64,000 nt of DNA from Promethearchaeota archaeon (lineage in GTDB: Archaea > Asgardarchaeota > Lokiarchaeia > Sigyniarchaeales > SOKP01), in assembly GCA_016840085.1 (NCBI GenBank), contig JAEOTA010000054.1, forward strand, positions 1 to 64,000, given 5' to 3'. The notes beneath the pieces were generated by a model. It did no database searches. It saw only the letters and a program-made list of their open reading frames with translations, and was not told where the DNA came from. This document shows positions 31,010 through 42,530 of the stretch, one piece after another; the first letter of the stretch is position 1, and each line of letters opens with the position of its first letter. A program made the position numbers and the translations under genes.

Positions 31010-31172
31010 TTTTTCAAACCTTTAAAATTTTCTAATATCAGATTATAACTGTTAATTAAATAAATAAATCACATTTTATTTTAACTTTATATACGCGTTA
31101 AATTAAAGAGCAAATTCATATAGGATTTGGAATTCACTTCTGGGAAAAAAAGGATAAAAAAATTAGTTTTTA

Positions 31173-32408
31173 TCATATTTTTACTAATTCATAATCTATT
31201 GTTCCTATTCCATTTTTTACAGCAGCATCAAATTGCCAAGTAGTATCAACTATAGGATTTAATGCTTTGAATTTCTCAACCCCAAGTTCAACTGGATTTG
31301 TCCATTCTCCATTCCTATCTAGAAATGGAAGTCCTGGTGCGTTAATTTCCGCATCAACACAAGCTTTATCAATTGCTACTGGATCAGAGGATCCAAATAT
31401 ACCCAAGTCAGGAACAACTGGTACACTGGCATTAGAGACACAGTCACACATTAAAGGAATCTCAAAAGCAAAATTAATGTATCTAATTTTTTCTGGACCA
31501 AAACTTAAGACAGCACTAGCATTATCTATAAGGCGCTCAACGAATTCATTATTATCTCTCCTAGAGGGAATTTTTATCGCTCTTTTCACAGGACATCTCT
31601 GTGTACAATTAAAACAACCAAAACAAATAGAAGAATTGATTTTGGCGAAGCTATTTCTAATTTCAATTGCTCCCACTGGACATGATTCTATACATTCTTG
31701 ATTACACCTTGAAAGATTACATTTCTGGCTATTAACAACAATGTAATCAGAGAAATGAGCGAGAAATTTATTATGCTTAGTGACACATCCCATTCCAAGT
31801 TGTTTTAATGCTCCCCCAAATCCTGCGAGTGGGTGGCCCTTAAAATGAGAAATAACAACAAGTTTATCAAAATCAAAAAGTCCTTTAGCAACTGAAATTT
31901 CTTTGAAATGAATCCCATTATTTATTTTTACAATTTTTCTATCAATCCCTTCATTACCATCAATAAAGTGAAGGGGTGCTCCAGTAATAGATTCAATATA
32001 TCCATGAAGGTGTGCAATCTTTAGATGATCAGTTGCTTTTTTCCGATGTCCTACACATATAGTATAGTCATCATTTATACAAATATATTCAATATTGTTC
32101 CCTCTTCCTTGAGTCTCTATAAGAGTAGGAATTGCACCTTTAGATTTAATAGTTTCAATAACTTCACGCACATAGTCGGGACGTAAATATCGAGTATTCT
32201 GTGCTTCTCCAACGTGAACTTTAACGCCTACCTTATCACCAGAATTAATATTATCTAATATTTTATCTAGTATAAATCGAGTTTTAACTAAATTATTAGT
32301 TACCATATTTTTTGCGGTATTTGGTAAAGCAGCTATCTCAGTTGGCGGTGCCCAATATACTTTCGGTTTATTTTCCATATTAACAATCTTCTTCATATTT
32401 AAAAACAT
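31173..32408 (-). CDS. DUF362 family protein with inserted 4Fe-4S ferredoxin domain
   Basis: KVHVGE, HFKGH..GFGGALKQLGMG, CxxxxCxxxCxxxCP and CxxCxxCxxxCP, CDC. Confidence 0.85.
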   Translation of the reverse strand: MFLNMKKIVNMENKPKVYWAPPTEIAALPNTAKNMVTNNLVKTRFILDKILDNINSGDKVGVKVHVGEAQNTRYLRPDYVREVIETIKSKGAIPTLIETQGRGNNIEYICINDDYTICVGHRKKATDHLKIAHLHGYIESITGAPLHFIDGNEGIDRKIVKINNGIHFKEISVAKGLFDFDKLVVISHFKGHPLAGFGGALKQLGMGCVTKHNKFLAHFSDYIVVNSQKCNLSRCNQECIESCPVGAIEIRNSFAKINSSICFGCFNCTQRCPVKRAIKIPSRRDNNEFVERLIDNASAVLSFGPEKIRYINFAFEIPLMCDCVSNASVPVVPDLGIFGSSDPVAIDKACVDAEINAPGLPFLDRNGEWTNPVELGVEKFKALNPIVDTTWQFDAAVKNGIGTIDYELVKI

Positions 32409-32477
32409 TATTCAAAATAATGTTGAATTCATTAAAAATAGCATTAATTTACACAAGTAAAAAATAAAGAGTTAAAA

Positions 32478-34377
32478 TTAATAAAGATCCTTTATAACGA
32501 AATCTAAATTGAGATCTATTAAAGTTTCTTTTAGTGGATATCCATTTTCAGGATTCCAACCTATTTTTTCACAGTAGCCTTTATAATCTGCTAAATAATC
32601 GATCCCTACTGCTCTTTCCGGTAATTTATTATTAATAATATCAATACCCTCCCTTAAGGTGAATGCTTGTCTAAGGGTTTGAATTCTTATACCAATTTTA
32701 ATTAATTCATCGATAGTAAGATTCCAGCCAACTACTGCTTTAATTAATTCTACGAGGGGATGCTTTTGATATATACTAACAAATTGACATAAGCCAAGGC
32801 TGTTTAAACTTTGCCAAATTCCCACTATTAACTTTTCTGCTTCATTTCTATCATCACCGGGTTTTTTGAATTCTGTAGGCAATGAAAACCCATTCAATAA
32901 TCCATTGGGCTGTCCTAATCGTCCAGAAGCACTAAAATCTAATGTTGGTGTAGTATGTCTTCCTGGTGTTGGATCAAATGCGTAAGTTGCACCCATACTC
33001 CTATAGAGTTTTGAAGAATGCATACCAAGTTCTTGACCCAATGAATGAATCGCATACACATCACTGCCTTTTCCAATTTTTTCTGAAGCGATTTTTGATC
33101 CATCTGCTAAAATGTTTCCAAAACCTTCTCGTTTAATCACTTTTTTTCACTAATTCAATTATAGCTGATGAATTTCCCCACCTTAACTCAAGCCCATCAG
33201 TATCATCTTTGTTTATAATACCATTTTCATAACACTCTATTGCAAAAGCAACAGTAGCACCGAGAGATATGGTATCTATTCCTGCTCGATTACATAAGTC
33301 ATTAATAATAAATATAGACATTAAGTCATCATTTAGCAACATTGGTCCAAATACAGAACATGTTTCGTATTCTGGGCGATGAGTATTTTTAATTCCTACT
33401 TCCGCCACATTCATAATAGCACCACATTGAACTGGGCATGCAAAACATCCATAAGCTTTCTGTTTATATTTATTTATTTCCATTCCTGAAATTTTATTTG
33501 CCATTACATCAGGAAAATCTACTTTTGAAGTCCCTCCCCAATTCTTTATTGGAGTATCTCCCATTTGGACCATAAGTGTATTACCAGCAGTAGTTCCTAA
33601 GTTTTTAAAAATAGAAATTAGAACACTAGTACTTTCATTTATAATTTTATTATATTCTTTTGTTAACCTATTTAATTCATCTCTATCCTCTACAGAGATT
33701 TTTTCATTCCCTTTAAGTACAATAGCCTTTAATTTTTTAGAACCCATAACAGCACCAAAACCGGATCTAGCAGCAATTCTAGCGTTATCATTTATAATAC
33801 CAGAGATAAGGGAAAGCTTTTCACCTGCTTGACCAATACTTGCTACTTGAACCTTTCCATATCTTTCAGTTAACTTATTTTCTGTTTGGACTACATCTAA
33901 GCCCCATAGGTCAGAAGCATCAATAATTTGCATGTCACCTTCAATAATGGCAATGCATTTAGGAACATTTGCTTTTCCTCTGATTAAAAGCGCATCAAAA
34001 CCTCATTTTTTAATTTCGGGTCCAAAAAATCCTCCACAGTTAGAATCTCCCCAAGTTCCTGTCAGAGGAGATTTTCCTGCTACCATAAATCGTCCAGTTA
34101 AGGGAGCAATAGTACCAGTTAATAACCCTGGAAAAAAACCAAAAATAGCTTCTTCTCCTAAAGGATCAATTCTTATTGGTAAATTATCATATAATAATTT
34201 AGCTGCTAAACCATAGCCACCCAAATACTGGCGATAGTATTCTTCAGGTAAAGTTTCTTCTCTAAAATTTTCTTCTGAAAGATCAATCCATAATATTTTT
34301 TCTAAATATCCATTTACTCCCAAAATATTCACTTTTAGATTGTTTAAATCATTTAAAGGTGAAGTTATATTAAACAT
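32478..34377 (-). pseudogene. aor: Aldehyde:ferredoxin oxidoreductase (W-pterin), disrupted by in-frame TGA (34003-34005) and a frameshift in an A7 run (~33141-33147)
   Basis: YLGGYGL, KSPLTG, GPEIKK*GFDA, GAVMGSKKLKA, CFACPVQC, RPEYET, GIDTIS spread over three track ORFs. Confidence 0.88.
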
Positions 34378-34457
34378 TTTGATATTATTTTATAATTAGA
34401 AAATTTAAAAAGAGAATTTTAGAGTCTTTGTATAAAATTTTTATTCTTTATTATAAT

Positions 34458-35330
34458 TCAGCTAGATATGATGTTGAATTCGTTATTTGTAGAACCCCAC
34501 GATTTTAATATATTCTCTGCTTCCTTCATGATATTTTTAATCATTACCTTTAGAGGAATTATTTTATTTTGGAATCCTACTGATGGTGAAGGAACACGAG
34601 TACCTCCTAATCTTCGATGATAAAGTTGCCTATGATATTCCTCCGTGAAAATATCAGTATTAATTCTTTCTTCCTTCCTTTCTATAGACATCGGACTCTC
34701 TTCGGTAATTAAAATTGCTGTTCCAAGACACACAGCATCAGCACCCATAGCTAAAGCACCAAGAAGACCTCGTACATTCCCTATCCCTCCGGCAGCAATT
34801 AAAGGGACTTTTAATAATTTCCTACCCATTGTTAAGTTAACTAAGGTAGTGTGCTGAAAAGGATTTTTATTTCCTGCTGATTCCATCCCCATGAATGTAA
34901 TTGCATCTGCTCCTGCCTCTTCTGCTGATATTGCATGTCTCATTAAAGGACACTTCGGGAACCAATAGCAACCTGCCTCATGGACTCTTTTCCCTACATA
35001 TTTTGCTTGATAAGCTGATGTAGTGAATATCTTAACTCCCGCATTTATTGCGATCTCTAAATAATTTAAATATACCTCTTTATTGCCATCCTCATTAATA
35101 GTCATATTAACCCCAAAAGGCTTATCTGTAAGTTCTTGCATTTTCCTAAGCTCGTTTTTAAATTGATTCAGGTCATAGTTCATGGCAGTAATAATTCCAA
35201 AACCTCCAGCATTTGAAAATGATGCGGCAAATTCAGTTATGCCATATCTCGCAAATGCAGCCATTACAATTGGATATTTTGTTCTTGTTAACTCAGTTAT
35301 ACGTGTTTTCCAAATCATTATATTCAACAA
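34458..35330 (-). CDS. Nitronate monooxygenase / FabK-like flavoprotein
   Basis: YPIVMA, SNAGGFG, DKPFGVN, PLIAAGGIG, GADAVCLGT. Confidence 0.85.
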   Translation of the reverse strand: MLNIMIWKTRITELTRTKYPIVMAAFARYGITEFAASFSNAGGFGIITAMNYDLNQFKNELRKMQELTDKPFGVNMTINEDGNKEVYLNYLEIAINAGVKIFTTSAYQAKYVGKRVHEAGCYWFPKCPLMRHAISAEEAGADAITFMGMESAGNKNPFQHTTLVNLTMGRKLLKVPLIAAGGIGNVRGLLGALAMGADAVCLGTAILITEESPMSIERKEERINTDIFTEEYHRQLYHRRLGGTRVPSPSVGFQNKIIPLKVMIKNIMKEAENILKSWGSTNNEFNIISS

Positions 35331-35442
35331 GTTATATCAATTTGAGTATGTAAAACTATAAAAAAAGCAAAAAAAAGTTTATGATTTTAAAGCTTTAATA
35401 CTTTCTTAGCAGAAAACAACCAATCATTTAAATTGGAAATAT

Positions 35443-36753
35443 TTATAAATAACTATCTATAGTTTTTTGAGTTTTAATAAAGCTAATTAACTTACTACTC
35501 TTTTTCCAATGTTTAAAATCAACCATCATCCCTTCTGCCATTTTTTTAAGAGAGCCATTAAAATTATCAATGATTAAGGGATTTATATTTTCCATAGCAT
35601 TTTTTACCGTCTCTCTAATAACCCATACTCCCAAAGGAAGGATGTACCCTCCACGAACTTCTCTAAAAATTAGAACTCTAGCTTGTTTCCCAATTTTATA
35701 AAGGTATTCACAAATTTCTTTTCGAGCAGCATAATAAGCGCCTGTAATATTGCTCGCATAATTCTTTCTTCCACTATAAAACTCAAAATCAGTCGCTATT
35801 TGAGGAGTTAAAGTAGGATTCCAAAGAGATTTAGCAGCCCATACTTCATTCATCTCATATGTGAATTTTCCAGGAAACAGGAGGATTCTAAAATGATTGT
35901 CAAGATAACTACTTTCAAAAATGCGATAATCATTAATTTCAGGGAACTTTTTTATTTCCTTAATTAACGCTTTAGATATAATGTCATCCACGGCGGTTAT
36001 GCTCCAACGAGTTGGAACAAGTCTGCGATTTTCTTTTTTTCCGAGTAATCCTGCTGAAAATACTCTCTTAATAGTCGATTGAGGTACATGTCCTTTAAAG
36101 TAAAGATATTCTGATACTGCATCTGTAGCTTTTAAATCAGTATCTGATACACAGTAATCTACTTTAGGATGGACTTTAATATTTTCTGTTACTTTTATTT
36201 TCTCTGTCATTCCAGTTGGTCCAATTGGGGGAGAATGATTATCCATCATCATCCTGAGATTCATTTTCTCCAACTTTGTTTCTGTATCTACTGGTCGAGC
36301 TGCCATAGCCAGTTCTTGAGAAGTGTCTAATAATCTCTGAATTTTTAATGGGAGTGTGTTTTTTCGATTGGTTCGACCTATTCTAACATTTGTTATAAAA
36401 TTATTTCTAATTAAACTACTCCTATATTTTACAATCTCAGCCATCTGTTTTCCGAACCATAATTCTGGTGCATCAAGAATGTAATTATCATTAACACCTA
36501 AATCTAATTTGAAATCTTGATAAGGAACAAGGGGACCAATATAGACTTTTGGATAATTAAAACGACCAACGAAAAAGCCTGGAGGACTAGCACCAAAAAC
36601 TTCTACATCTCTCATTGTTTTATCGAATTCAAAAGGAACTAAAGATTTTAAAACTGATTTTTTCAACAAGATTGGACAAGACTTTTTACCACAGAGAAGT
36701 CTTGCTCCCTTACATCGAAGGCATATATTTTTTTCTGTCGGAGGTCGTACCAC
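35443..36753 (-). CDS. nreA: Archaeal Nre DNA repair protein
   Basis: N-terminal CxxCKG...LCG...CP, SPPGFFVG..NYPKV, LVPTRWSITAVD, PLGVWVIRE, C-terminal PIP box QKTIDSYL. Confidence 0.9.
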   Translation of the reverse strand: MVRPPTEKNICLRCKGARLLCGKKSCPILLKKSVLKSLVPFEFDKTMRDVEVFGASPPGFFVGRFNYPKVYIGPLVPYQDFKLDLGVNDNYILDAPELWFGKQMAEIVKYRSSLIRNNFITNVRIGRTNRKNTLPLKIQRLLDTSQELAMAARPVDTETKLEKMNLRMMMDNHSPPIGPTGMTEKIKVTENIKVHPKVDYCVSDTDLKATDAVSEYLYFKGHVPQSTIKRVFSAGLLGKKENRRLVPTRWSITAVDDIISKALIKEIKKFPEINDYRIFESSYLDNHFRILLFPGKFTYEMNEVWAAKSLWNPTLTPQIATDFEFYSGRKNYASNITGAYYAARKEICEYLYKIGKQARVLIFREVRGGYILPLGVWVIRETVKNAMENINPLIIDNFNGSLKKMAEGMMVDFKHWKKSSKLISFIKTQKTIDSYL

Positions 36754-36881
36754 TGTTCTCTCTCTAATAAAATTGATAGCTCTAATAAAAATTAATATTC
36801 TCTATTATTAAAAAGGAGAAAGAGTTTAAATTTTTAATATTTATATTAAAGAGGTAATATCAAACCTTATTTTAATTTTAA

Positions 36882-37463
36882 TTAAACTATTTTCTCATAG
36901 TTTAAATTATTTAAATCTAAGACCTTTTTCACTAGTTCTTTAAAACTTTTAATAATATTTGTATTTTCTTTAGAAGAAGTTAAAATGTAATCTTTTTCAC
37001 TATGTTTTTTAAGGAATTGCTCAATAATTAACCTGTCAACAGTACTTTGCTTATTCTTTATCTCAGCTAAATCCAGTTTTGTTCCAATCAAAACTTTGGG
37101 GCAATTGTTAAGATTATGTTCTATTAACCTGTTATACCACCAATCTAGTTTCATAAGACTTTCCAATCTTAATAAATCAAAAACAAGAAATATACCACTC
37201 GCTCCATTTACATAATAACCAAATAATGTTTTAAAATGCTCTTGCCCCCCAAAATCCCATATTAAGAGCCGAACAAAGCTTTGCTCACCTTCTACTATGA
37301 TAGGCATGTCATATTTGTAAAAATCTATTCCAACAGTTAATTGAGTATTCAAACTAAAAGTACCGTAACATAATCTTCGAGCGATACAAGTTTTTCCTAT
37401 GCCACCATCCCCCACTAAACAAATTTTAAAAATATAACTAGGAGATTTCTCATCTAAAACCAA
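36882..37463 (-). CDS. Rab-like small GTPase
   Basis: FKICLVGDGGIGKT, TVGIDF, WDFGGQ, GTKLD, TSSK. Confidence 0.9.
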   Translation of the reverse strand: MVLDEKSPSYIFKICLVGDGGIGKTCIARRLCYGTFSLNTQLTVGIDFYKYDMPIIVEGEQSFVRLLIWDFGGQEHFKTLFGYYVNGASGIFLVFDLLRLESLMKLDWWYNRLIEHNLNNCPKVLIGTKLDLAEIKNKQSTVDRLIIEQFLKKHSEKDYILTSSKENTNIIKSFKELVKKVLDLNNLNYEKIV

Positions 37464-37648
37464 ATTGCTCCCCAGTGCTCACTTAGATATTATAATAATA
37501 TTTTTAAATAATCTTTATTATTTTATCTGAATTAATCTTATAGTTATATTTTTTAAATAAAAATATACTTCTTCTAATTTATAGAACCTTTAAATTTTAA
37601 AATTTAACATTTATATCTGTTTAAGATAAAAAAATCTAATGAAAATAG

Positions 37649-38236
37649 TTAAACTATTTTCTCATAATCTAAAGAATGAGCTTCTAACACTTTTTTTACT
37701 AATTCTTTAAAACTTTCAATGATATTTTTATTTTCTTTAGATGAAGTTTTAATGAAATCTTTTTCATTGTGTCGTTTGAGGAATTGTTCAATAATTAGAT
37801 CATCGATTTTATATTGTTTATCTGCAGTCTCAACCAAATCAAGTTTAGTCCCAATCAGTATTTTTGGGTGATCTTGAAGGTTGTAGGTAATCAACTGTTC
37901 ATACCACCAGTCCAATCTCGTTAAAGTCTCCATTTCTAATAAATCAAAAACAAGAAATATACCATTTGCTCCACTAATATAATAACTAAATAGATTCTTA
38001 AATTGTTCTTGCCCCCCAAAATCCCATATTGTAAGGCGAACAAAGGTTTCCTCATCTTTTACTATGATAGGTATATCAAAAGTGTAAAAATCTATTCCAA
38101 TAGTCATTTGAGTTCTAGCATCAAAAGTATCAAAACATAATCTTTGAGCAATACACGTTTTTCCTACTCCCCCACTTCCGATGAGACAGATTTTAAAAAT
38201 ATAACGAGGTTGTTGTTCCATCATGTTAATCAACAA
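37649..38236 (-). CDS. Rab-like small GTPase (tandem paralog)
   Basis: FKICLIGSGGVGKT, TIGIDF, WDFGGQ, GTKLD, TSSK. Confidence 0.9.
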   Translation of the reverse strand: MLINMMEQQPRYIFKICLIGSGGVGKTCIAQRLCFDTFDARTQMTIGIDFYTFDIPIIVKDEETFVRLTIWDFGGQEQFKNLFSYYISGANGIFLVFDLLEMETLTRLDWWYEQLITYNLQDHPKILIGTKLDLVETADKQYKIDDLIIEQFLKRHNEKDFIKTSSKENKNIIESFKELVKKVLEAHSLDYEKIV

Positions 38237-38479
38237 TAACTTGATATTGGCTAACTTCTAATGTATTGAATATGTTTAAGGTTATTAATTTCAATACTTT
38301 ATTTATTATTAATACTTCTTAGGATATTCTTATACTTTTATATAGATATTATTTCATTATCTCTAATCTAGATATTACATTATTATCATTAATAAATTTA
38401 AAGAAAATTCTACATTTTTTTAAAGATTTAAGAATCATATTTACAAATGTCTGAGTATAAAAAATTTAGAATAAGTGAG

Positions 38480-39331
38480 TTATCCTTTACCGTAAGTACC
38501 AATAGCATATAGATATTGTAATTTTCCTGAAATTTCTTGTCCATAGAACATTTTTAAATTCGGTTCACCTCTTTTAGTAAGTTGCAGCAAAGAGAATAGG
38601 TTATTTTGTAAGAGTGGATGAGTAGGAATTATTAAGTGTTCAGCTCCTAATGATATACTTCTCTTAATGAGATGTATTGCAGTATCCATATTCTTAGCAA
38701 TTATAGGTCCTAATCTTACTTGTGATAATATTTTAGAAACCAGGGCATAGCCTTCATTTTCGACGATTAAAATTTTTGCTCCAAGAACAAGTCTTGTCTT
38801 TAAATACTTAGTTCTATTGAAGCCCATAGCTTCTCTGTCAAGATTTACTAACCAATCTGGTAAAAAATTGATTTCCTTTAATTCTTTTTCTTTCATATCT
38901 ATTTTGGGAACTACTTTTGGCAAAAAATACATATCTGCATAGTAACTTCCTTGGAAACCATATTTTTTATATATTGGTTCTCCTAATTTTGATGCAAAAA
39001 GTATAGTGGTTTTGATTCCTAGATTCAAACCTATTTGCATTAAATTATTGAAGATTGCAGTACCTACTCCTTGACTTCGATATTCGGATAATACTCCCAT
39101 ATACCCTATACTAGCAACTTCCTGATATAGAAATAATCCTCCTGCACCAATTATTTTGTCATCTGTTAAAGCAATAAGAAATCTCGCAATATTTTCTTTG
39201 ATTAAGCTCAACCATACTTTTTTCTCTTCTTCCAGCTGATTGTAAGAGGTTCTACCAAAGGCTGACAAAAAAACTTTAATAGTTCTAAGAATTTCATCTT
39301 TTTTTGGTTCTCTAATTATATAAGGTTTCAT
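38480..39331 (-). CDS. GNAT family N-acetyltransferase
   Basis: MGVLSEYRSQGVGT acetyl-CoA motif, GEPIYKKYGF; second domain LGPIIA. Confidence 0.85.
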   Translation of the reverse strand: MKPYIIREPKKDEILRTIKVFLSAFGRTSYNQLEEEKKVWLSLIKENIARFLIALTDDKIIGAGGLFLYQEVASIGYMGVLSEYRSQGVGTAIFNNLMQIGLNLGIKTTILFASKLGEPIYKKYGFQGSYYADMYFLPKVVPKIDMKEKELKEINFLPDWLVNLDREAMGFNRTKYLKTRLVLGAKILIVENEGYALVSKILSQVRLGPIIAKNMDTAIHLIKRSISLGAEHLIIPTHPLLQNNLFSLLQLTKRGEPNLKMFYGQEISGKLQYLYAIGTYGKG

Positions 39332-39352
39332 TCTCTTCTATTATAAGATTTT

Positions 39353-39943
39353 TTATAATTTTCTACACAATAACTCTCCTTTACCAATCGGGACAATTAA
39401 TGCATCTACACGTTCATCTGCTAAAGCTTTATCTATCATCGGTTTTAAAGTTTCATAATGATTAATTGCATTATCAGCTACAAATATTCCTCCTTTAACC
39501 ATATTTGGTATAACCAGATCATAGCAATCCTCATATACTTCTTTTTCAGCATCTAAAAAACAGAAAGAAATATGATTATAATTCTTAATATAATTTCGAG
39601 CATCACCTTCGATTAATTCAATATATTCCTCCATATTCGTTTCTCTGAAGGTTTCTTTTGCTAAATGAATTTTATCTTCTAAAACTTCAAATGTAGTTAG
39701 TTTGTTTCCAATTAACTTACAGGCAAGAGCAATCCATAGAGTAGAATATCCGGCACTTGTACCAATTTCAACATATTTTCCTTCTGGAGCACTTGCCGCT
39801 AAAATTGAAAGAAATTTTCCTGTCTCAGGGGGGATTTGGCGAAGTTTTTTTAATCTTGGTGTCCCATCATTTCTATCTCTTGAATCAATATCTTCTAGAT
39901 ATTGCATTCGATTTCTTACTTCTTCAGATAAATTATGAAACAT
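39353..39943 (-). CDS. Class I SAM-dependent O-methyltransferase
   Basis: [24 protein letters not shown]. Confidence 0.9.
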   Translation of the reverse strand: MFHNLSEEVRNRMQYLEDIDSRDRNDGTPRLKKLRQIPPETGKFLSILAASAPEGKYVEIGTSAGYSTLWIALACKLIGNKLTTFEVLEDKIHLAKETFRETNMEEYIELIEGDARNYIKNYNHISFCFLDAEKEVYEDCYDLVIPNMVKGGIFVADNAINHYETLKPMIDKALADERVDALIVPIGKGELLCRKL

Positions 39944-39967
39944 TTTAATATCTCCTAGTATTTTTTT

Positions 39968-40867
39968 CTATCTTAGATTTGGAATAACTTCATTAGCTAG
40001 AGATGTTATATTCTGAATCTGTTTTGAATCAAAGAAAGGAAAATAGATTATAAATTCATTAATCCCTATTTCTTCTTTATATTGTCGAACAAGTTTGCGA
40101 AAATTATCTTTAGAGTTAATAATATTGCGTTCAAATCGGCTATAAAACAATATCGAGCGATTTAAGGTCTCGGGATCTCTTCCTATTTCTTCGCAATACT
40201 TATCTATTAATGTTGCTCGCATTCTAACATTATTAATGATTTTATCAACTGGAGTATCCCATTCACTTGCTCCATGTGTATTCCAAGTATCTGCATATTG
40301 AGCAGCAATTTTAAGCATCGAATTTCCAATAGCACCAATAGTTAATGGTGGTCGGGGTTTTTGAATAGTTGGTGGATTCATAGCTGCTTCATTTAATTTG
40401 TAGAATTTCCCCTTATAATTTGAAACACCTTGACGTAAGAGCCGATCAATCATCTCAATTTGTTCCTTAAAGCGATTAACTCTTTCTTTTGCACTCCAAT
40501 CTTCAATACCTATCATTTTATAAACAGGATCTCTATTACCGGGAACACCTGTACCTATTCCTAACTCTAATCTTCCATTCGAGATATGATCAATTGTTAG
40601 TGCCTGTCTTGCTAATATTGCTGGATTACGTAGTGGTATTGAGGATACTAACGTTCCAATCCTGATTCTTTTTGTCACCACCGCAAGAGAAGCAAGAAGC
40701 GTCCATGACTCGAACCAATGCCCAGTAGGATTTACAGGATCTGTAAAATGATCAGCTAACCATACATTATCAAATCCTAACCTTTCAATAAGTTTCCAAC
40801 GTTCAACTTCTCTTTCCCAAGGAAGATTCTGAATGGTCAATACACCAAATCGCACACTCTTTCTCAT
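39968..40867 (-). CDS. LLM-class flavin/F420-dependent oxidoreductase
   Basis: GFDNVWLADH, RIRIGTLV...RNPA, DHISNGRLELGIG, ADTWN. Confidence 0.9.
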   Translation of the reverse strand: MRKSVRFGVLTIQNLPWEREVERWKLIERLGFDNVWLADHFTDPVNPTGHWFESWTLLASLAVVTKRIRIGTLVSSIPLRNPAILARQALTIDHISNGRLELGIGTGVPGNRDPVYKMIGIEDWSAKERVNRFKEQIEMIDRLLRQGVSNYKGKFYKLNEAAMNPPTIQKPRPPLTIGAIGNSMLKIAAQYADTWNTHGASEWDTPVDKIINNVRMRATLIDKYCEEIGRDPETLNRSILFYSRFERNIINSKDNFRKLVRQYKEEIGINEFIIYFPFFDSKQIQNITSLANEVIPNLR

Positions 40868-41122
40868 AAATCATTCCTCTTAAAAAATTTCTTTAAAACT
40901 ACAATTATTTATGCAGAATAATAATAAAAATAATAATTTGATTGAATTATATGAATTCTATGTCTTATTAAAGAAATTTATAACATATCCTTAATGATTA
41001 GTTTTTACTTTTAGTGACCCCCCTCTTTATTTTTAAGTAAACATAAATATTAATTTTCAAATCAAATTAAAAATAAAATTCCTGAATTATGTGGATAAAA
41101 ATTAAAGAATATAGTAAATCAT

Positions 41123-41392
41123 ATGGGTTATATAAAGGAAACTCATGAAGTAATTAAGGATTCACTCAAGGGTATCTCTAACAAAAAGAAGTTTAAAAAA
41201 CTAATCGATAATATGATTTTTGCTATAGAAACAAATACTGTTAGTGAATATTTCTTTTTCAAATATAAAGTATTGGAAGAATTAGCACCACTTATTAATT
41301 TAAAAAAAGAAAAAGATAAAGAATATTTGGATAAATATAAAAAAGTGAAACATTTTTATAAAAATCAATTCAAAAAAATGACTTATTTTTAG
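41123..41392 (+). CDS. Hypothetical basic protein
   Basis: 89-aa Lys-rich ORF. Confidence 0.5.
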   Translation: MGYIKETHEVIKDSLKGISNKKKFKKLIDNMIFAIETNTVSEYFFFKYKVLEELAPLINLKKEKDKEYLDKYKKVKHFYKNQFKKMTYF

Positions 41393-41408
41393 TTAGCATG
41401 TTTAGCTT

Positions 41409-42521
41409 TTAATGTTGGGATAATAATTCAATTAAAGCTCTTGGAATTTCTCTATAGTCATTTACCGCATAAAATTTTCCTCTCCCTACTTTAGCAATTT
41501 CTCGGCATGTATTAATTCCTTGATTTGCATCATTCTCTGCAGGCATTCCTATAACATGAAGTTTAGGAAACTTTTTTGCAAGCTCAACGGGATTATCTCC
41601 TCTATTAAAATTTCCATCACTAATTAATATTCCAAATTTTTCTTTTACTGGTTGTCTAATTTTATTTAACTCTTTTAAACCCTTTTCTAATCCAAGATAA
41701 ATATTTGTAAAACCAACAGCTTCTGAATCTAATATATCATCTATAATAGTAATAATTTCTTTTTTTTGGTCAATTTTTTTTAGAGTCATGGCGGTTGAGT
41801 TAAATAGAATAATCGCAAAATCTTCTTTTTCCATATGATAGGCTAAAACAGAGGCAGTAAGAGCAGCATTTAATAGTAAACGCCCATACATACTACCGCT
41901 AGTGTCTAAAATCAACACAACTTTCCTTTTTTGACGCTTTCTTACAATTCCAAAAATGTCTTGGTAATTCAAACTTTTTTCATATATTTTTAAAGGATTA
42001 TGTTGGATTGTTTCATCAAGACTGAATTCAGGCATTCCAATCTGATAATTTGGGGTTGTTCTTTTAAATTGACCTCTTATTCCTCTACTGGTTATTTTCA
42101 ATGAGAGTTTTAAAATACTCTGCCTTGCTAATCGTCTAAAAATAGATTTATATTTTTCGGAGATGGGTCGTCTAATAAAAAAGTAAATTTCTGGCATAAA
42201 ATCTCCTGATTCTTTAGCTTTTTCAGAGAAAAACTTCACACCATCTTCAGTATCTAAAGCATCTGTTGCAGCATAGACATTAGCTTTAAGTAAACCCATT
42301 AAAGCTTCTAAATTTTTGTATTGGATTGCGAGATAGGTCATTTCTTTAATTTGTTTATAATCTAGTGTATTAGCAAGAGCCTTGTAATAATCAGGTTTTT
42401 TCTTTTTTTTTCTGATTATTTCAAACTTTAAAATTTCTTTATCTGGTCGACTTTCAGTAAGTCTAACATGCAGTCTTTTCTCAATCTCCTCAGATCCTTC
42501 CTCAGAGAAATCATCGACTAT
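41409..42521 (-). CDS. von Willebrand factor A domain protein (MoxR partner); reading frame open 60 codons upstream of the first Met
   Basis: MIDAS LDTSGSM, GFTN, ISDG; upstream in-frame IVDDFSEEGSEEIEKRLHV...KPDYYKALANTLDYKQIKE with no ATG/GTG/TTG. Confidence 0.85.
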   Translation of the reverse strand: MVDDFSEEGSEEIEKRLHVRLTESRPDKEILKFEIIRKKKKKPDYYKALANTLDYKQIKEMTYLAIQYKNLEALMGLLKANVYAATDALDTEDGVKFFSEKAKESGDFMPEIYFFIRRPISEKYKSIFRRLARQSILKLSLKITSRGIRGQFKRTTPNYQIGMPEFSLDETIQHNPLKIYEKSLNYQDIFGIVRKRQKRKVVLILDTSGSMYGRLLLNAALTASVLAYHMEKEDFAIILFNSTAMTLKKIDQKKEIITIIDDILDSEAVGFTNIYLGLEKGLKELNKIRQPVKEKFGILISDGNFNRGDNPVELAKKFPKLHVIGMPAENDANQGINTCREIAKVGRGKFYAVNDYREIPRALIELLSQH

Positions 42522-42530
42522 TGAAAATCC
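42481..42530 (-). other. Candidate -1 ribosomal frameshift signal (G_GAT_TTT, 6-nt spacer, hairpin)
   Basis: ACG GAT TTT CAA TAG at the end of MoxR; vWA ORF is in the -1 frame; stem UCGAU(GA)UUUCUC / GAGGAGAUUGA found by eye. Confidence 0.45.
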
